Shown piece after piece: positions 39,418 through 40,000 of a stretch of 40,000 nt of DNA (position 1 is its first letter; each line of letters opens with the position of its first letter). Origin of the DNA: Xenorhabdus taiwanensis (GTDB taxonomy: Bacteria > Pseudomonadota > Gammaproteobacteria > Enterobacterales > Enterobacteriaceae); assembly GCF_036512875.1 (NCBI RefSeq), contig NZ_AP028978.1, positions 3,304,211 to 3,344,210 on the forward strand, in the 5' to 3' direction. The notes under the pieces were generated by a model that worked only from the letters and a program-made list of their open reading frames with translations, was not told where the DNA came from and made no database searches. The position numbers and the translations under genes are program-made.

Positions 39418-40000
39418 CGTCTGCCTCCTTTAATGGCTGTGCTCAATTCACCACCCTGCCCCAGGCTCTTATGTAGTAATAATTTGAATCGCTGATCAAT
39501 AAACTTTGCAACATCATGACCCGCAGCCTCAAACCCACTGGTCGCCTTCACTTCGTGGTTACCATCAGAATTCACAACGATGTCAACGTTAACAATTGTC
39601 TGATTGCTTGCGCCGCCCGTTGCCTGAACGCCTAGCTTACCGTCAGGACCACGCTTGAGAGGCATAATAGCTTCGGGACCCGCCTCACCCATCAATCCTG
39701 CGCCTTTCGCAAAAGCAAACAGCTTCGGGCTACTAACTATCTGCCCACTGTAACTGCTCAGGCTAGGGGAGTTGTAGACACCGCCTTTGGCGTTGGGGGT
39801 AAAACTCTGCCAACTGGTAGACATTCCCATTGCGCCCACGCTGGCTGATGATGCCCCGCTGCCCGCTGACGCTAACGAACTGATCCCCATAGATGCTCCA
39901 CCGAGTCCGCCGAAGAATCCAGATAGCGCCTTGGTAATCATGGCTTGCATGGCGATACGGACCAAATCCTGAATAATGGATTGCGCCAATGATGCAGACA
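39414..40000 (-). CDS. H: Tail tape-measure protein (gpH-like), C-terminal part only
   Basis: The reading frame stays open past position 40000; the track's M at 39989 is an internal TTG. The product is Gly/Ala/Ser-rich, with its C-terminal end immediately upstream of M, as in lambda. Confidence 0.8.
   Translation of the reverse strand, partial: SASLAQSIIQDLVRIAMQAMITKALSGFFGGLGGASMGISSLASAGSGASSASVGAMGMSTSWQSFTPNAKGGVYNSPSLSSYSGQIVSSPKLFAFAKGAGLMGEAGPEAIMPLKRGPDGKLGVQATGGASNQTIVNVDIVVNSDGNHEVKATSGFEAAGHDVAKFIDQRFKLLLHKSLGQGGELSTAIKGGRR

Larger units (their letters stand above)
26372..40000. mobile_element. Lambdoid (siphovirus-type tail) prophage arm, extending beyond the window
   Basis: An integrase sits at the dusA junction, followed by an accessory region and a colinear lambda-like tail module (H, M, L, K, I, J, tail fibre, tfa) on the minus strand. 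The exact left boundary (attL) is expected inside the first ~100 bp of dusA. It cannot be fixed without the other att copy, which lies outside the window. Confidence 0.9.

Noticed and set aside
1-40000. A search by eye for CRISPR arrays, tRNA/rRNA genes, IS elements or transposase ORFs, reverse transcriptases (retron or DGR) and toxin-antitoxin pairs.
   Set aside because: - No regularly spaced direct repeats were found.
- No cloverleaf-like or rRNA-like sequence was found in the intergenic regions.
- No transposase or RT-like translation appears in the ORF track.
- The only long repeat is the glk duplication.

Overview
This is a chromosomal segment from an Enterobacterales genome. It is moderately AT-rich, its proteins track E. 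coli orthologues closely, and its gene order is a mosaic of E. coli K-12 blocks. A Photorhabdus/Xenorhabdus-like host is only a guess.

Positions 1-26.4 kb are mostly housekeeping genes:
- a partial tyrosine-phosphatase-family gene, udp, a GntP-family permease, metE, metR and yigM
- yjcE and ghxP (yjcD)
- glk, which carries a perfect in-frame 132-bp tandem duplication
- a decayed aadA-like (ANT(3'')) gene
- ssb and uvrA, divergent around a LexA box
- a small membrane ORF plus an atypical DsbB-family gene
- an accessory two-gene RNA healing-and-sealing operon (RNA ligase plus an HD-phosphoesterase/P-loop-kinase fusion)
- tyrB, alr, dnaB, qorA and dusA

From about 26.4 kb to the window end lies one arm of a lambdoid prophage. 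It appears to be integrated at the 5' end of dusA:
- a tyrosine integrase
- an AT-rich accessory region with a DUF2829 (Tad2-like) fusion protein and a RexA/RexB-like pair
- tfa and a tail fibre gene
- two repeat-domain ORFs of unknown function
- J, I and K
- a secreted-protein moron with its own terminator
- L, M and the 3' end of the tape-measure gene

I saw no rRNA, tRNA, CRISPR array or IS element. All homology statements come from reading the translations against remembered reference proteins. No searches were run.
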